Shown piece after piece: positions 1 through 10,302 of a DNA stretch of 64,000 nucleotides. Made by a program: the position numbers and the translations under genes. The stretch is from positions 33,249 through 97,248 of the forward strand of contig CAZVZU010000004.1 of assembly GCA_964631685.1 (NCBI GenBank), in the 5' to 3' direction. The stretch is from an uncultured Actinomycetes bacterium (GTDB lineage: Bacteria; SZUA-79; Acidulodesulfobacterales; Acidulodesulfobacteraceae). The notes under the pieces are model-generated. The model ran no database searches. It was not told the DNA's origin and saw nothing but the letters and a program-made list of their open reading frames with translations. The number at the start of each line of letters is the position of its first letter. Positions within the stretch are counted from its first letter, which is position 1.

Positions 1-72
1 AGAAGAGGTGCCGGTTCAAGAAGAGGTGCCGGTTCAAGAAGAGGTGCCGGTTCAAGAAGAGGTGCCGGTTCA
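1..72 (+). repeat. Perfect 18-bp tandem repeat AGAAGAGGTGCCGGTTCA x4 (may extend beyond the window)
   Basis: Four identical units at 1-18, 19-36, 37-54 and 55-72, encoding EEVPVQ. Confidence 0.97.
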
Positions 73-358
73 AAATATCCAGGAATATACTGACAATACG
101 ATACTACTAGGAGGACCACAATATCTTGATGAAACAAACAAGGATGCAGCTTTAATAAAAGGAGGATTCAAATTGGAAATTTTAGACGAGCAAAACCTAG
201 TAAAACTTGACGAATCTCTGAGAAATGCAATACAAAAAATTATGGAAGAGATCAAACCTGAAATAATTGAAAATATAAAGGTTACTTTACCGGAAATTGT
301 AGAAAAGCTTGTCAAGGAAGAAATAGAGAAAATTAAATCAATAGCTAAAAGCAATTAA
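1..358 (+). CDS. Partial CDS (5' end outside window): acidic Pro/Glu/Val repeat linker plus C-terminal amphipathic helix, RomR-like response regulator C-terminus
   Basis: Frame is open from the window edge; (EEVPVQ)n linker followed by ...IIENIKVTLPEIVEKLVKEEIEKIK. Confidence 0.6.
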   Translation, partial: EEVPVQEEVPVQEEVPVQEEVPVQNIQEYTDNTILLGGPQYLDETNKDAALIKGGFKLEILDEQNLVKLDESLRNAIQKIMEEIKPEIIENIKVTLPEIVEKLVKEEIEKIKSIAKSN

Positions 359-385
359 TATACGTAAACGCAATATTTTAAGAAT

Positions 386-1246
386 ATGTATTTATTAGAA
401 TCTCAGGTAAAATCTCTTATATACGCCGCTCTAAACGAGGATATAAAGGGTGGCGATATCACTACTGACGCTATCGCCATTAAGAATGACCCTATTGTAT
501 TCTGTAATGTTGTCGCAAAGAGGGAATCTATTGTATGCGGCCTGCAAATATTTTCCATGGTTTTTAATATTATCGCTAAAAATGCTCACGAAATAGATTT
601 TTTGATTCAAGAGGGTGATACGGCCTTGGAATCTCAAAAAATAATCCTACTTAAATCAAAGGCAAGTAAAATACTCTATGCCGAAAGAACAGCCCTTAAT
701 TTTATCCAACACTTATCTGGCATAGCAACAATAGCAAGATTAGCAAAAAGAAAGCTTGAAGGGCTTAAAACAAAAGTTTTGGACACAAGAAAGACTATTC
801 CCGGCTTAAGGCTGTTGCAAAAATATGCCGTTAAAATTGGAGGCGCTGAAAACCATAGATTTGATCTATCATCGGGGATATTGATAAAGGATAATCATAT
901 TAAATTAGCCGGCGGAATAAAAAATGCTTTAAAAATGGTAAAGGATTATCATTCAGGATTTAATTTTAAAATAGAAGTTGAAACAACCACTTTAGATGAA
1001 GTAGAAGAATCACTTGCGGCTGGGGCAGAAATTATTATGCTTGATAATATGGATATACCTACGATGAAAAACGCCGTTAAGCTTATAAACGGAAGAGCAC
1101 TCACGGAAGCCTCAGGTAATATAACTATTGAGAATCTAAGAAAAATAGCAGAGGAAACAAAAGTAGATTATGTCTCTATGGGTTCATTGACAAATTCTAT
1201 TTTGCCGGCAGATTTTTCTCTAAATTTTATGACTGATGCCAATTGA
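386..1246 (+). CDS. nadC: Quinolinate phosphoribosyltransferase (nicotinate-nucleotide diphosphorylase)
   Basis: DTRKTIPGLR, NHRFDLS, LIKDNH, IEVE, IMLDN and EASGNI motifs. Confidence 0.97.
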   Translation: MYLLESQVKSLIYAALNEDIKGGDITTDAIAIKNDPIVFCNVVAKRESIVCGLQIFSMVFNIIAKNAHEIDFLIQEGDTALESQKIILLKSKASKILYAERTALNFIQHLSGIATIARLAKRKLEGLKTKVLDTRKTIPGLRLLQKYAVKIGGAENHRFDLSSGILIKDNHIKLAGGIKNALKMVKDYHSGFNFKIEVETTTLDEVEESLAAGAEIIMLDNMDIPTMKNAVKLINGRALTEASGNITIENLRKIAEETKVDYVSMGSLTNSILPADFSLNFMTDAN

Positions 1247-1443
1247 AAACTAGGACAAAACTATCCTTTCTTTTATCGGATTATCATTGAAATGAACATA
1301 AATATTAATAATAAAATTTAAATTTTATTATTTCTCTTAAATTATGTAATAAAATGGTGTAAAATATAGTTTAGAAGATAAATGAGTAGTTACTATTTTA
1401 TTCACTAAAAAACTTATGAAAATTTTAAGGAGTTGAGAAAAAA

Positions 1444-2340
1444 ATGAGTAGAATTGAAAATCGAGGAGGTTTAGGTTTACCCGAGTCCTCCTCGATAAAA
1501 TTGAAAACGGGGGAGACCAAGGTTCCGCAGAATCCGCCTCCCTATATTGACATTTTTGAAATTAAAAAAAATTTGACGGGATCTTTCATAGGCAGAAACA
1601 TATACTACAAGGAGGAGGTAGATTCCACCAATACATCGGCAAAGGAACTTTCAGCTAAAGGGATGAAAAACGGTAGCGTCATTATATCGAACTACCAAAA
1701 GAAAGGAAAAGGTAGAAACGGAAAAATTTGGACATCTCCATGCGGATGCAACGTATATATGTCTATACTTTTAAAACCCAAATTCAGTCCCGAAGTAGCA
1801 CAAGGTATGACTATTTTAGCCGCTGTTTCGGTTGCAGACGCAATCGCTGAAACTACAGCACTTAAGCCTCAAATTAAATGGCCAAACGACATACTTGTAA
1901 ATTCAAAAAAGGTCTCTGGAATATTAACCGAAATGAGTACTCAAAATATGACGATAGAGCATATCATTGTCGGCATAGGGATAAATGTTAATCTCGAAGA
2001 AAAAGATATGGAAAACAACATCAAGGCTATTGCAACATCCCTCCTGATCGAATCTAAAAATATGAGCAGTTCAAATGGTCCAATAAATAGAAATAGGCTT
2101 ATTACTGCTATTATCAAAAAATTTGATAAATATTATGAAATGTTTTTATCTACCGGATTATCATCTGTTCTTCAATATTATCAAAAGTACTTCATCTTGA
2201 TAGGAAAGGAAATAGAAATCAATATTGACAATAAACGGGTCAAGGGTCGGGTAGTCGGAATAGACTCTAAAGGGGCTCTTCTTTTAAAAACGGGTGAAAA
2301 TGAGCTTGAAAGGGTTGTTTCGGGCGAGATATACCTTTAA
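1444..2340 (+). CDS. birA: Biotin-[acetyl-CoA-carboxylase] ligase, apparently lacking the N-terminal HTH
   Basis: DSTN, QKKGKGRNGKIWTSP, IKWPND, KVSGIL and GIGIN motifs. Confidence 0.95.
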   Translation: MSRIENRGGLGLPESSSIKLKTGETKVPQNPPPYIDIFEIKKNLTGSFIGRNIYYKEEVDSTNTSAKELSAKGMKNGSVIISNYQKKGKGRNGKIWTSPCGCNVYMSILLKPKFSPEVAQGMTILAAVSVADAIAETTALKPQIKWPNDILVNSKKVSGILTEMSTQNMTIEHIIVGIGINVNLEEKDMENNIKAIATSLLIESKNMSSSNGPINRNRLITAIIKKFDKYYEMFLSTGLSSVLQYYQKYFILIGKEIEINIDNKRVKGRVVGIDSKGALLLKTGENELERVVSGEIYL

Positions 2341-2352
2341 GATATCTTTTAT

Positions 2353-3135
2353 ATGCTATTAGTGTGCGATATTGGAAATTCATCCTCCGTTTTTGGAACG
2401 TTCAATGAAAAGGGTGATATAACCAAAACATATTCGGCGGATACGTCTGCCCTATCATCTTTAAGTAGTTTAGGTAGTTTTTTTAATAAAAGTTTTAATA
2501 TAAAGAATATAAGCGGCGTTTCCATATCATCTGTTGTACCATCGGTGGAGTCTGTTTATAAACTTTTTTTCAATGAAGTTCGCATTAATCCTATTTTTAT
2601 CTCATCAAAAATAAAACTAAATATTCGCATTTGCTCAGAAAATATTAAAAATTTAGGCTCAGATAGGATTGTTAACGCAAGTTATGCGCATTTTTTAAAT
2701 CAAAAATTTCAAATTATAGTAGATTTAGGAACGGCCTTAACTATTGATGCGATTAATAGTAAGGGAGATTTTCTCGGTGGTATCATTTATCCCGGTCTCT
2801 CCTCGCTTGCCACATGTCTTCACTCATCAACCGAAAAGTTACCGGTAATAAACATTGCAAGCAAAATAAAAAAACCGCCAAAACTTGTGGGGATAAATAC
2901 TAAAACATCCATTATGTCAGGAATATATAACGGAACTGTATTCCTAATAGAGGGATTCATAAATAATATCTGCAGATATTATTCCACTGAGGACAATGAA
3001 CCAAACATTATTTTTACGGGGGGACAATCCAGCCTGCTTTTTGAAAACATCAATGTGAAAGGCAATAAAACCATAGATAAACTTTTTACGCTGAAAGGCA
3101 TAAGATACCTTTATAATTTAAATACCAATCAGTAG
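2353..3135 (+). CDS. coaX: Type III pantothenate kinase
   Basis: DIGNS, SSVVP, LGSDR, VDLGTALT, GGIIYPG and TGG motifs; birA-coaX synteny. Confidence 0.95.
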   Translation: MLLVCDIGNSSSVFGTFNEKGDITKTYSADTSALSSLSSLGSFFNKSFNIKNISGVSISSVVPSVESVYKLFFNEVRINPIFISSKIKLNIRICSENIKNLGSDRIVNASYAHFLNQKFQIIVDLGTALTIDAINSKGDFLGGIIYPGLSSLATCLHSSTEKLPVINIASKIKKPPKLVGINTKTSIMSGIYNGTVFLIEGFINNICRYYSTEDNEPNIIFTGGQSSLLFENINVKGNKTIDKLFTLKGIRYLYNLNTNQ

Positions 3136-3154
3136 GTGTACACATCACGGCCAA

Positions 3155-3183
3155 AAGTAAGAAGAGTATTTATCTTCTTACTT
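3155..3183. terminator. Hairpin between convergent coaX and ahcY
   Basis: AAGTAAGAAGA-gtattta-TCTTCTTACTT, 11-bp perfect stem. Confidence 0.65.
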
Positions 3184-3200
3184 CCCAAGAAAGTATAAGA

Positions 3201-4451
3201 TTATGTACCTTCCTGCCACGACTTTAAGTATTTTACCTGCTCATCCGTAAGCGTATCTATTTCAATATCCATAGACTTCAACTTGAGAGATGCGATCCTT
3301 TCATCTATCTCTTTTGGGACATCGTAAACTCTCGGCGGCATAACTTCTCCGAGAACAGCAAATTCAGCCGAAAGAGCTTGAACGGAAAAACTCATGTCCA
3401 TAACGCTTGCCGGATGTCCATGTGCACTCGCAAGGTTAATGAGTCTGCCTTCCGCTAATAAATATATCCTTCTGCCATCTTCCATCACGTATGCCTCTAC
3501 AAAATCTTTGACCTTTTTCACGGATTTAGCCATCTTTTTTAGTCCCTTTGTATTTACCTCGACATCAAAATGACCGGAATTTGACACTACGGCACCATCT
3601 TTCATATTACTAAAGTGTTCCGTGCTTATAACATTGATATCGCCAGTAACGGTACAAAAAATATCACCTATCTTGGCAGCATCTGTTCCCTTCATTACTC
3701 TAAATCCATCCATCATAGCCTCTAATGCCTTTATAGGATCAACCTCTGTAACAATAACATTGGAACCTATACCCCTAGCCCGCAAAGCAAGCCCTTTGCC
3801 GCACCAACCATAACCCATTACAACAAAATTCTTACCAGCAAGCAATAGGTCTGTCGCCCTGATAATACCATCTATCGTTGATTGTCCAGTTCCATATCTA
3901 TTATCAAAAAGATGCTTGGCATCAGCATCATTGACGGCTATCACGGGTATCTTTAATGCCCCAGCGGCTTCCATAGAGCGGAGCCTTATTACTCCCGTAG
4001 TCGTCTCCTCCATCGATGCCTTTATATTATCAATCAATTTTTTATATTTTTTATGTATCACAGATATAAGATCTGCCCCATCATCAAGGGTAACGTTCGG
4101 CTTGGCAGCCAAAATGGTATCTAAGTGTTTATAGTAAGTTTTTGAATCTTCTCCTCTAATGGCATACACATCTATACCGAAATCTTTCACTAAAGATGCT
4201 GCTACATCGTCTTGTGTTGAAAGGGGATTTGACGCACATAAGTAAACATCCGCGCCGCCAGCTTTCAATGTTCTGGCTAGATTAGCCGTTTCTGCAGTAA
4301 CATGAAGGCACAAGCCCATATTTAAACCTTTAAACGGTTTCTTTTCAGTAAATTGTTCCTTTATTAAGGATAAAACCGGCATATCCTGCTCAGCCCACAA
4401 GACCCTCTCTTTACCATGATTCGCAAGTTTAATATCTTTAATATCCGCCAT
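3201..4451 (-). CDS. ahcY: Adenosylhomocysteinase
   Basis: [44 protein letters not shown] and GHP motifs. Confidence 0.98.
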   Translation of the reverse strand: MADIKDIKLANHGKERVLWAEQDMPVLSLIKEQFTEKKPFKGLNMGLCLHVTAETANLARTLKAGGADVYLCASNPLSTQDDVAASLVKDFGIDVYAIRGEDSKTYYKHLDTILAAKPNVTLDDGADLISVIHKKYKKLIDNIKASMEETTTGVIRLRSMEAAGALKIPVIAVNDADAKHLFDNRYGTGQSTIDGIIRATDLLLAGKNFVVMGYGWCGKGLALRARGIGSNVIVTEVDPIKALEAMMDGFRVMKGTDAAKIGDIFCTVTGDINVISTEHFSNMKDGAVVSNSGHFDVEVNTKGLKKMAKSVKKVKDFVEAYVMEDGRRIYLLAEGRLINLASAHGHPASVMDMSFSVQALSAEFAVLGEVMPPRVYDVPKEIDERIASLKLKSMDIEIDTLTDEQVKYLKSWQEGT

Positions 4452-4489
4452 ACTGTCTCCTATTTATTAAATTTTTTTAAAAAATATCC

Positions 4490-5683
4490 TTAAACAAAAA
4501 CCTCAGTCTTACTCAAGCTAAGCACCTCTTTTTTAAGCTCGTCGACCTTGACAGGTTTCTCCCACATAAAATCAGCATCGGGTCTGCCAAAATGCCCGTA
4601 ATTAGAAGTTTTGGCAAAAATAGGCCTCAAAAGATCAAGCATCTTAACCGCGCTATAAGGTCTTAAATCGAATACATTTATTATAGCATTAGAAATAATT
4701 TCATCACTATGCGTACCCGTACCAAAGGTGTTCGCCATAACCGAAACAGGCTCTGCTACGCCAATAGCATATGCAACTTGAACCTCACATTTCTTTGCAA
4801 GCCCACTGGCGACAACGTTTTTTGCAATAAATCTTGCCATATATGAACCGCTTCTATCAACCTTAGAAGGATCTTTCCCCGAAAAAGCTCCGCCACCGTG
4901 CCTCCCCATTCCTCCGTATGTATCGACAATAATCTTCCTTCCGGTAAGCCCCGTATCGCCGTGAGGACCGCCGATAACGAACCGCCCTGTGGGGTTTATA
5001 AAAAATTTAGTATCATTATCCATGAGGTCTGATGGAATCACCTTCTTGACAACCTCTGAAATAATGGCGTCTTTAATCTTTTCTTGGGACACCGATTCGG
5101 CATGCTGGGTTGAAAGTACAACGGATGTAATCTTAGATGGCTCACCGTTTTCATATTTAACCGAAACCTGAGTTTTACCGTCAGGTCCGATAAAATCTAA
5201 AATGTTATTTTTTCTTACATCGGCAAGCCTTTTTGAAAGCTTGTGTGCGTAATAGATAGGAGCAGGCATAAAATCGTCAGTTTCAGACGTCGCATAACCA
5301 AACATGAGCCCTTGGTCACCTGCGCCCTGATCTTCCTCTTTATCTCTTTCAACACCCATCTTTATATCAGGAGATTGTTTACCCACAGCTGTAATAATGC
5401 CGCAACTTTTATAATCAAACCCCATCGAGGAGTCATTATATCCTATCTCTTTTATTACGCCTCTAACTAAATCCTGATAATTCACAACGCCACTCGAAGT
5501 AATTTCTCCGGCAACTACGACAAGGCCAGTCGTAACCATTGTTTCCAACGCAACCTTTGAATATTTATCCTGCGCTATGAAAGCATCAAGTATGGAATCG
5601 GATATTTTATCACAAATCTTGTCCGGATGTCCTTCCGTAACAGACTCGGATGTAAAAATAAAATCTTCTTTTTTTCCGCTCAT
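4490..5683 (-). CDS. metK: S-adenosylmethionine synthetase
   Basis: [26 protein letters not shown]; start set at ATG 5683 (ORF track extends to 5707). Confidence 0.98.
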   Translation of the reverse strand: MSGKKEDFIFTSESVTEGHPDKICDKISDSILDAFIAQDKYSKVALETMVTTGLVVVAGEITSSGVVNYQDLVRGVIKEIGYNDSSMGFDYKSCGIITAVGKQSPDIKMGVERDKEEDQGAGDQGLMFGYATSETDDFMPAPIYYAHKLSKRLADVRKNNILDFIGPDGKTQVSVKYENGEPSKITSVVLSTQHAESVSQEKIKDAIISEVVKKVIPSDLMDNDTKFFINPTGRFVIGGPHGDTGLTGRKIIVDTYGGMGRHGGGAFSGKDPSKVDRSGSYMARFIAKNVVASGLAKKCEVQVAYAIGVAEPVSVMANTFGTGTHSDEIISNAIINVFDLRPYSAVKMLDLLRPIFAKTSNYGHFGRPDADFMWEKPVKVDELKKEVLSLSKTEVFV

Positions 5684-5744
5684 TTCGCCCACCTTCATTT
5701 TGAACAACTAATTCTTTTAATTTTTTTAAAAAAGACACTATCAT

Positions 5745-5771
5745 ATTATAACAAATAAACGGTAATGTCAA
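5745..5771 (-). promoter_or_regulatory. Sigma70-type promoter for metK-ahcY
   Basis: Minus strand TTGACA-N15-TATAAT with an extended -10 (TGnTATAAT); spacer is short. Confidence 0.6.
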
Positions 5772-5842
5772 TTTAAAATTTTGCTTCAGACTCAAGTATA
5801 AATAATAAATCAAAAATTCATGCAGGCATTTTTAGTTGCAGT

Positions 5843-6763
5843 TTATTTATTAATATCTCTGTGAAAATATGATATGTCATATTTATTATTTATGTCACCG
5901 CAAAGTCTATTTCTAAGTTCCTCGACTATAAATACAGATCTATGGACACCGCCGGTGCATCCTATACCTACTGTAAAGTATGATTTGTTTTCCTTTTTAT
6001 AAAAAGGGAGGCTAAATTTTAAAAAATTCAGTATATGCATTATCAGTTCATTCGACTCACTGAAAGACAGCATGTATTTCTTTACTTCATCATTAAAACC
6101 GGTAAGAGCTTTTAATGCCGGAATGAAAAAGGGGTTCGGAAGAAATCTTGCGTCAAAAACAGTATCAGCTTCCAACGGCAACCCATATTTAAAGCCAAAA
6201 GACAATATTTTTGTCGAAAATATCTGACTGCATATTGCCATACCCCCTATGTGAGGCATTAAAAGACTTTCCAAATCATGAATTTTAACATCCGATGTAT
6301 CTAGAACAATATCGGCATTAAGCTTTATGTTTTTGAGTAATTGCCGCTCTTTCTTAATTGCAATATTAATATCGCATGGATGTAGCGGATGTTTTCTTCT
6401 TGTCTCTGAATACCTTTTTACAACAACACTATCGCCTGCTTCAAAAAAAATGTATTTGAAAAGTGACGACTTTAATTTTAAGAATTTGACATAATTATCG
6501 AACTCGTTTAAAAAGCTTTTTTCTCTTATATCTACAACAAATAGTATCTTTTTCAGCTTTGCCGATAAACCCAATTCAAAAAATTTCGGCAAAAGCATCA
6601 TCGGCATATTGTCAACACAAAAAAACCCTATGTCCTCAAGTATTTTTAATGCGGATGACTTTCCTGAACCTGAGATCCCGCTAAGCAAAAGAATATTCGG
6701 CTTTTCCTTGCCGGGGGCGAGCGGAACAAAGTCATCATTTCGCCAATTTCCAGCCTTCTTCAT
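5843..6763 (-). CDS. rapZ: RNase adapter RapZ / YvcJ-family P-loop protein
   Basis: SGISGSGKS, CVDNMP, RYSETRRKHPL, SFGFKYG and GCTGGVHRSV motifs. Confidence 0.95.
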   Translation of the reverse strand: MKKAGNWRNDDFVPLAPGKEKPNILLLSGISGSGKSSALKILEDIGFFCVDNMPMMLLPKFFELGLSAKLKKILFVVDIREKSFLNEFDNYVKFLKLKSSLFKYIFFEAGDSVVVKRYSETRRKHPLHPCDINIAIKKERQLLKNIKLNADIVLDTSDVKIHDLESLLMPHIGGMAICSQIFSTKILSFGFKYGLPLEADTVFDARFLPNPFFIPALKALTGFNDEVKKYMLSFSESNELIMHILNFLKFSLPFYKKENKSYFTVGIGCTGGVHRSVFIVEELRNRLCGDINNKYDISYFHRDINK

Positions 6764-6771
6764 ATCGTTAA

Positions 6772-7296
6772 TTATAAATCTGGTGCAATTAAATAAACAT
6801 TTTCATCCTCGCCTTTAAAAATAAAAGATATCTTAGAGGATGCTTTATCCTTGAAAATTATAAAATCCTTATTTTTTCTTTTAAGTTTCTGCACCGCCTC
6901 TTTAATGTCGAGGGGATGTTTTTCGTAGTCTTCTTTTATTTCTATATTTGAAAGGCCGTTATCCTCCTGCAACGCTGCAATGTTTTCGCCTTCGTAATCC
7001 TTTCTTCTGCTTTTTTCTTTATGCTTTTTAATCTGCGACTCCACCTTTTCCATTAATAGGTCTATGGCGCTATAAATATCTGACGATTTTTCTTCACCAT
7101 TGATAACTAAATTTTTTGCTGTTAATTTAATCTGGGCAACACCCGACTCCTTATGTTCAACCCGTTCCATACTAAGCGTTATATGTGCCTCTATGATGTT
7201 ATTTAAGTACTTTTGAAGCTTCGCTGTTTTGGATTCAACATACTTCTTGATTGCATCACTTGAACCGATATGCCTGAATGTAACCGATACGTTCAT
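6772..7296 (-). CDS. hpf: Ribosome hibernation promoting factor (long form)
   Basis: MNVSVTFRH...DIYSAIDL..KVESQIKKHKEK; downstream of rpoN; SD AAGGAG before ATG 7296. Confidence 0.92.
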   Translation of the reverse strand: MNVSVTFRHIGSSDAIKKYVESKTAKLQKYLNNIIEAHITLSMERVEHKESGVAQIKLTAKNLVINGEEKSSDIYSAIDLLMEKVESQIKKHKEKSRRKDYEGENIAALQEDNGLSNIEIKEDYEKHPLDIKEAVQKLKRKNKDFIIFKDKASSKISFIFKGEDENVYLIAPDL

Positions 7297-7340
7297 CTGC
7301 GTCATCTCCTTAATTAATTGATTATTGTATTTATTCAATA

Positions 7341-8864
7341 TTAATCTCCCCTAATCAACCTGTTCCTTTGGCTTGACGGGGGTATATTCATAATGTCCCT
7401 ATACTTTGCTATCGTCCTTCGGGCAATAAAGATTTGATCGCTCTTTAACAACTCTGCTATCTCGTTGTCAGAATAAACCCTTGCTATAATCTTTTCCCTT
7501 GCTATAATCTTTTTTATTCTTGCCATAACATTCTCCGAAGATACATCCCCGTAAGATGCTCCAGAAAAAAAACTTTTAAGCTCAAAGACACCTAGGTGCG
7601 TGCTTAAATACTTATTTGATGTTGCCCTGGATACTGTAGATTCATGAATATCCAATTCCAAGGCAATATCTTTTAAAATTAAGGGTTTTAAATTTCCCGC
7701 CCCGTTATCAAAATAATCAGACTGCCTATCTACTATTAATCCGGCTATCTTAAGTATGGTCTCTTTTCTCGTATTTATACTGTTGACCAGCCATAAAGCT
7801 GACTTAAATCTGTCTTCTATATAATTTTTCATACTAGGGCTCGAAACTACTTCCCCGCTTAGCACTTTTTTATAATAAGAATTAATCTTAATCTGCGGAA
7901 CATAGTGGTCATCCATATAAACAGTATATTTTCCTTTATCATTTTTCAGATACATGTCGGGTACTATGAATCTCGTCTCTGACCTGCCGAAATTGGCCGC
8001 CGGTCTGGGATTTAAGCTTTTAAGCCTTTCAATGCAGTCCGTTATGGATTTAACGTCCCTGCCAATTCCCTTAGAAATTTTACGATAATTTTTATTTGCG
8101 ACATCTTTGAGATAATCTTTGATTATAATCCTAAGTAAATCATCGCCTTTAAAATAATAATCGGCCTGCACCAATAAACTTGATACAGTATTAAGAGCGG
8201 CAATACCAACAGGTTCAAGCCTGCCTACCTTATCCAATACGGCAATTGTAAACTCACCGGCATTTTGAACAGATATATTTTGCGCCACAAAATTTTCAAG
8301 CTCTTCAACTGAAACGGCCAAGAAACCGTTTGAATTCAAGTTGCCGGCAATGTATTCGGAGAGCTCAATCTCCTGGGGCGAAAAATTACCCGTTCGCACC
8401 TGTTCCATAATGGAATCGAATAACGTTTCTACGCTATAAAAACTATTCTCAATTACATAATCCTTATTGCTATTTGATTTATAATTACTGCCATCCTTTG
8501 ATAAATCGGGAAGTTGCTCATTATAATTTACTAAATACTGCGTCATTTCCTTGACCACTGACGGGTTTCGCCAAACATCTTCACCTTCTGGCGGTAAATC
8601 GCCCAAACCCACGTCACTTTCCTGTTTCGGATTATTATCTTTCGACGAATCCTGAACATTTTCAAGCAAGGCCTCTTTTTTGATTTCCCCGGTTAAAACA
8701 CCGGAATCTATATCAAGAATAGGATTCTCGGATATCTCTTGCTTTATCATATCGGACAGCTCAATGTTGTTTAGCGCCAACATTTTTATCGCAAGCTGCA
8801 AACGCGGGGTCATAACTAATTGCTGCGTCAATTTTAAATTTTGCCTTAATTCAATATTGCCCAT
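7341..8864 (-). CDS. rpoN: RNA polymerase sigma-54 factor
   Basis: Region I QQLVMTPRLQLAIK, HESTVSRA helix-turn-helix, RpoN box ARRTIAKYR. Confidence 0.98.
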   Translation of the reverse strand: MGNIELRQNLKLTQQLVMTPRLQLAIKMLALNNIELSDMIKQEISENPILDIDSGVLTGEIKKEALLENVQDSSKDNNPKQESDVGLGDLPPEGEDVWRNPSVVKEMTQYLVNYNEQLPDLSKDGSNYKSNSNKDYVIENSFYSVETLFDSIMEQVRTGNFSPQEIELSEYIAGNLNSNGFLAVSVEELENFVAQNISVQNAGEFTIAVLDKVGRLEPVGIAALNTVSSLLVQADYYFKGDDLLRIIIKDYLKDVANKNYRKISKGIGRDVKSITDCIERLKSLNPRPAANFGRSETRFIVPDMYLKNDKGKYTVYMDDHYVPQIKINSYYKKVLSGEVVSSPSMKNYIEDRFKSALWLVNSINTRKETILKIAGLIVDRQSDYFDNGAGNLKPLILKDIALELDIHESTVSRATSNKYLSTHLGVFELKSFFSGASYGDVSSENVMARIKKIIAREKIIARVYSDNEIAELLKSDQIFIARRTIAKYRDIMNIPPSSQRNRLIRGD

Positions 8865-9016
8865 GCTAAATCTGAACCATCCTTAAAATGAACATAAAAA
8901 TAAACACCGATAAAACGACCGGCTATAAATCCATCCTTTGTATATATTATATATCATTATGAAATGGATGCCGGATTTATTTTCGCGAATTGAGGCATAA
9001 TCACAACATTGAAGAT

Positions 9017-9739
9017 TTATATGCCTATATTAAACTTCTCTCCAAGAAAAAATCTCTTTACTATACTGCTTGAAATAATATGTGAGGGTTCACCATGCTC
9101 TATAATTTTACCATCATTAATTATATATGCACTGTTGCATATTCTGAGAGCTTCTCTAACGTTATGGTCGGTTATAAGTATGCCTATAGAATCATTTTTT
9201 AAATCGATAAGTATGTCCTGCATATCCTCGACTGCAATCGGATCTATTCCTGAAAACGGTTCGTCGAGAAGAATAAATTTAGGAGAAGAAATCAGAGAAC
9301 GAGCAACCTCGACCCTCCTTCTCTCTCCACCGGACAAGCTCATAACCGGTAATTTTCTAACTTTTTCAAGACCAAATTTTTCTATCAATTCATCAAGTCT
9401 TTTTTCTTTTTCCTTATCGGATATTTTTAAAAGTTCAAAAATAGCCAACAAATTTTGTTCGGCCGTAAGCTTTCTAAAAACGGATGATTCCTGCGCCAAA
9501 TATCCTATGCCCATTCTAGCCCTCTTATACATGGGCATCTTTGTAATATTTACATCTTCCAAAAATATAGACCCGCCGTCCGGTTTTAGTGATCCTGAAA
9601 TCATATTGAATGTCGTGGTCTTACCGGCACCGTTCGGACCCAAAAGACCCGTAATTTTTCCAGATTTTATCTCTAGATTAACGCCATTTACAACGGTCCT
9701 TTTTTTGAATTTTTTTATTAAATTTATCGCTTTAATCAT
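9017..9739 (-). CDS. lptB: LPS export ABC transporter ATP-binding protein
   Basis: GPNGAGKTT, LSGGERRRVE, LLDEPFSGIDP and ITDHNVRE motifs. Confidence 0.97.
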   Translation of the reverse strand: MIKAINLIKKFKKRTVVNGVNLEIKSGKITGLLGPNGAGKTTTFNMISGSLKPDGGSIFLEDVNITKMPMYKRARMGIGYLAQESSVFRKLTAEQNLLAIFELLKISDKEKEKRLDELIEKFGLEKVRKLPVMSLSGGERRRVEVARSLISSPKFILLDEPFSGIDPIAVEDMQDILIDLKNDSIGILITDHNVREALRICNSAYIINDGKIIEHGEPSHIISSSIVKRFFLGEKFNIGI

Positions 9740-10302
9740 TGTTTATCGTTCTTATTTTTTAATATTTTATTAGACGGCTTAACGATCAACCGTTTACCTG
9801 AATACACAGTGGCATGCACCCTATTTTCAAGCCCTCCAAAAATCGTAGAGACACCCGTCGTAAAATTAATAACTATCTTTTTCCCTATTATTTTATTGTT
9901 ATTTTCGTATGCTATGGGATGCTTTGTAATTACGGCTATCTTGGCCTTATTGTAATAAATAGCCTTACCTCCCGTAATATTGCTTTTCCCTTTAATAATA
10001 TGCACATTACCCGTTGCAATCAGCGTATTTATCTTATTGTTTTTCGTATAGACAACATGCAATGTATCAGATAAGATTTTAAGAGCGCCTTTAATGACTA
10101 TAACATGGCCGTAGAAAATAGCCGACCGCCGCTTATTATTAACAATGAGAGAATCGGATGTTATCTTGATCTTAGAAAATCTGATTGATGCATCTGGTGC
10201 CGCAAGCACATTGGGCACAATTGAAACAAAACAAAATAGAATAAATGTCGCGAAAAAAAACAAGCGCCATTTTCCATTTCTCATATTTAGCTGCATTATC
10301 AA
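9736..10302 (-). CDS. lptA: LPS transport periplasmic protein LptA
   Basis: Signal peptide; OstA-like beta-jellyroll pattern (ITSDSL, FYGHV, ATGNVHI); lies between lptC and lptB. Confidence 0.88.
   Translation of the reverse strand: MIMQLNMRNGKWRLFFFATFILFCFVSIVPNVLAAPDASIRFSKIKITSDSLIVNNKRRSAIFYGHVIVIKGALKILSDTLHVVYTKNNKINTLIATGNVHIIKGKSNITGGKAIYYNKAKIAVITKHPIAYENNNKIIGKKIVINFTTGVSTIFGGLENRVHATVYSGKRLIVKPSNKILKNKNDKQ

Noticed and set aside
1..72. Repeat array as a possible CRISPR
   Set aside because: Units are contiguous with no spacers, in frame within a CDS, and no cas genes are present
5708..5842. SAM/SAH riboswitch upstream of metK-ahcY
   Set aside because: The leader is short and AT-rich with no aptamer-like stems
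9009..9773. 254-aa plus-strand ORF
   Set aside because: Antisense shadow of lptB with no motifs; the same applies to the many other short antisense ORFs (e.g. 28346-28870, 38873-39445, 44478-44903)
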